From: Burkholderiales bacterium | Lineage (GTDB): Bacteria; Pseudomonadota; Gammaproteobacteria; Burkholderiales; Burkholderiaceae_D | NCBI GenBank assembly: GCA_038330335.1 | Contig: JBBQNW010000001.1 | Coordinates: 1,255-65,254, forward strand | DNA length: 64,000 nt | Direction: 5' to 3' | In this document: positions 62,723 through 64,000 of the stretch, in pieces | Numbering within the stretch: the stretch's first letter is position 1 | Layout of the letters: each line of letters begins with the position of its first letter | Notes under the pieces: generated by a model | What the model saw: only the letters and a program-made list of their open reading frames with translations | The model's database searches: none | What the model was told of the DNA's origin: nothing | Program-made: the position numbers and the translations under genes

Positions 62723-63072
62723 TCAACTTTTTATGTCAATTAAGGTGCCAAGCATAGCGTTACTTGTTTTGATGAATTTTACAGATAAGTCAAATCCTGC
62801 TGTATAGGTCATTGTATTGACCAGTTCTCTTGCTAGTTCGGTGCCACTACCTGGTATCTCTTGTTGCGATGCCGTGGTATTCGATATAGTCGTCGCTGCG
62901 TTGCCATCGTTGCTAATGTTGACAACAAGCCCGGCGTTGTGCGCTTCCTGAAAATTTACCTGCTCAGTTGTGAAGCCTGCAGTGCCGGCATGCGCGATAT
63001 TGTGCGATTTAGATCAAGTGCATGTTGGTAGGCTGGCAGTCCGGATAATCCAGTGCTGATAGCGATAGACAT
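62723..63072 (-). pseudogene. Frameshifted small flagellar basal-body rod-like gene
   Basis: AGGAG plus ATG 63072. Reads MSIAISTGLSGL.AYQHALDL, then after a 1-nt frameshift at 63008-63010 SHNIAHAGTAGF...TELARELVN..Y..GFDLSVKFIKTSNAMLGTLIDIKS-stop. Span is 350 nt, one short of 117 codons. Confidence 0.8.
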
Positions 63073-63126
63073 GTGATGCTCCTGAATAGCTTATTACGCG
63101 TACATTCCGCCTAATTAATTAATTAA

Positions 63127-64000
63127 TTAATCTTGTTTGTTTTTGACGATTTTTGATGCTGATGCCTGTTTTGCTGATGCATTTTCGCTGGCAGGGAAGA
63201 TCAAGGGTATCCGCACTTCCAAACGAGTACCTTCACCCGGCGGGCTGGTAATCGAAAAGTCGCCGTCCATGGCTTTGATACGTTCGCGCATTCCCACCAG
63301 TCCGAATGAGCTGGACTTATGCATATCGTCCTGAGTAAATCCCTTCCCATTATCACTGACGCTGAAACGTAATGCGCTGGTATCTCCTTCAAAGATGATC
63401 TGCACTTCAGTCGCGCTGGCGTGCCGGATGACATTGGTCAGTGATTCCTGAATAATGCGAAATATGGCGGTGCTGCGTGCGTCATCTAGGGTCAATTGTT
63501 CTTCATTGGCGATCAGTTCGCAATCGATACCATGCCGCACGGTGAAGTCCTTTTGTAGTGTTTGCAGGGCAAAAAATAAGCCCCCTTCATCTAAGGCGCG
63601 CGGCCGTAAATCGGTAGCGATGCGGCGTAAGGTCGTGATGGACGTCAAAATTAATTGATCCATGCTGTTGATGGTTTTCTGCGTTTTTTCGGTAATCAGA
63701 CTATCTCTTTGCAAGAGCGACAGATCCATGCGTAGCGCGGCGAGTAATTGCCCCAGGTCGTCGTGTAGTTCACGTGCGATATGCTTGCGTTCTTCTTCTC
63801 GTATGCTTTGCAAGGCCGTTGATAGCTGGCTTAACTGCGTGTGGTATTGCGCCAGTTTTTCTTTGGCGATTTTGCGCTCGGTAATGTCGCGGAAAATAAC
63901 AGTGTAATAGCGTTGGCCATTTTCGATCAGGCTGGAAATCGATGCCTCAAGAGGGAACTCTTTTCCTTCGGATGTTAAGCCTGTGACGTAAAAATCTTCA
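63127..64000 (-). CDS. PAS-domain NarX/UhpB-type sensor histidine kinase (5' end outside the window)
   Basis: ERKHIARELHDDLGQ, QESLTNVIRHA, DNGKGF and FGLVGMRER motifs; the frame stays open upstream with a PAS end (GKEFPLEASIS..RDITERK). Confidence 0.9.
   Translation of the reverse strand, partial: EDFYVTGLTSEGKEFPLEASISSLIENGQRYYTVIFRDITERKIAKEKLAQYHTQLSQLSTALQSIREEERKHIARELHDDLGQLLAALRMDLSLLQRDSLITEKTQKTINSMDQLILTSITTLRRIATDLRPRALDEGGLFFALQTLQKDFTVRHGIDCELIANEEQLTLDDARSTAIFRIIQESLTNVIRHASATEVQIIFEGDTSALRFSVSDNGKGFTQDDMHKSSSFGLVGMRERIKAMDGDFSITSPPGEGTRLEVRIPLIFPASENASAKQASASKIVKNKQD

Overview
A mostly core-genome chromosomal window from a betaproteobacterium; gene content and protein style suggest Oxalobacteraceae, possibly Undibacterium-like (inference). 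In order it holds queG, an AEC transporter, a DctSR two-component pair with a DctPQM TRAP transporter, ogt-xerD, a Sel1 protein, a lipoprotein GDPD, ybaK-plsY-fabI, a modA-TOBE-modB-modC cassette, a DEAD-box helicase, a LytS/LytTR pair, a REC-GGDEF-EAL protein, aroC, leuC-entericidin-leuD-leuB-asd-fimV-truA, lepA-lepB-DUF4845-rnc-era-recO-pdxJ-acpS-uvrC-pgsA, tRNAs Gly x3/Cys/Leu, a DUF2844/DUF3443-like pair, nadA-nadC and nadB, purT, HU, tRNAs Val/Asp, ppiD, a 332-bp IS3-family remnant, an FNR-controlled ccoNOQP-ccoG-ccoH cluster, and a truncated PAS kinase. I saw no CRISPR array or prophage. The most interesting signals are: (1) a two-gene module next to tRNA-Leu encoding a lipoprotein with a full pepsin-like DTG/DSG architecture plus a small secreted partner; (2) an unannotated, structured ~200-nt sRNA candidate with its own promoter and terminator; (3) tandem micro-repeats that echo the last codons of several genes; (4) a long hairpin in the fabI leader; (5) a frameshifted orphan mini flagellar-rod gene missed by the ORF track. 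All family calls come from motif recognition by eye; no database searches were run.
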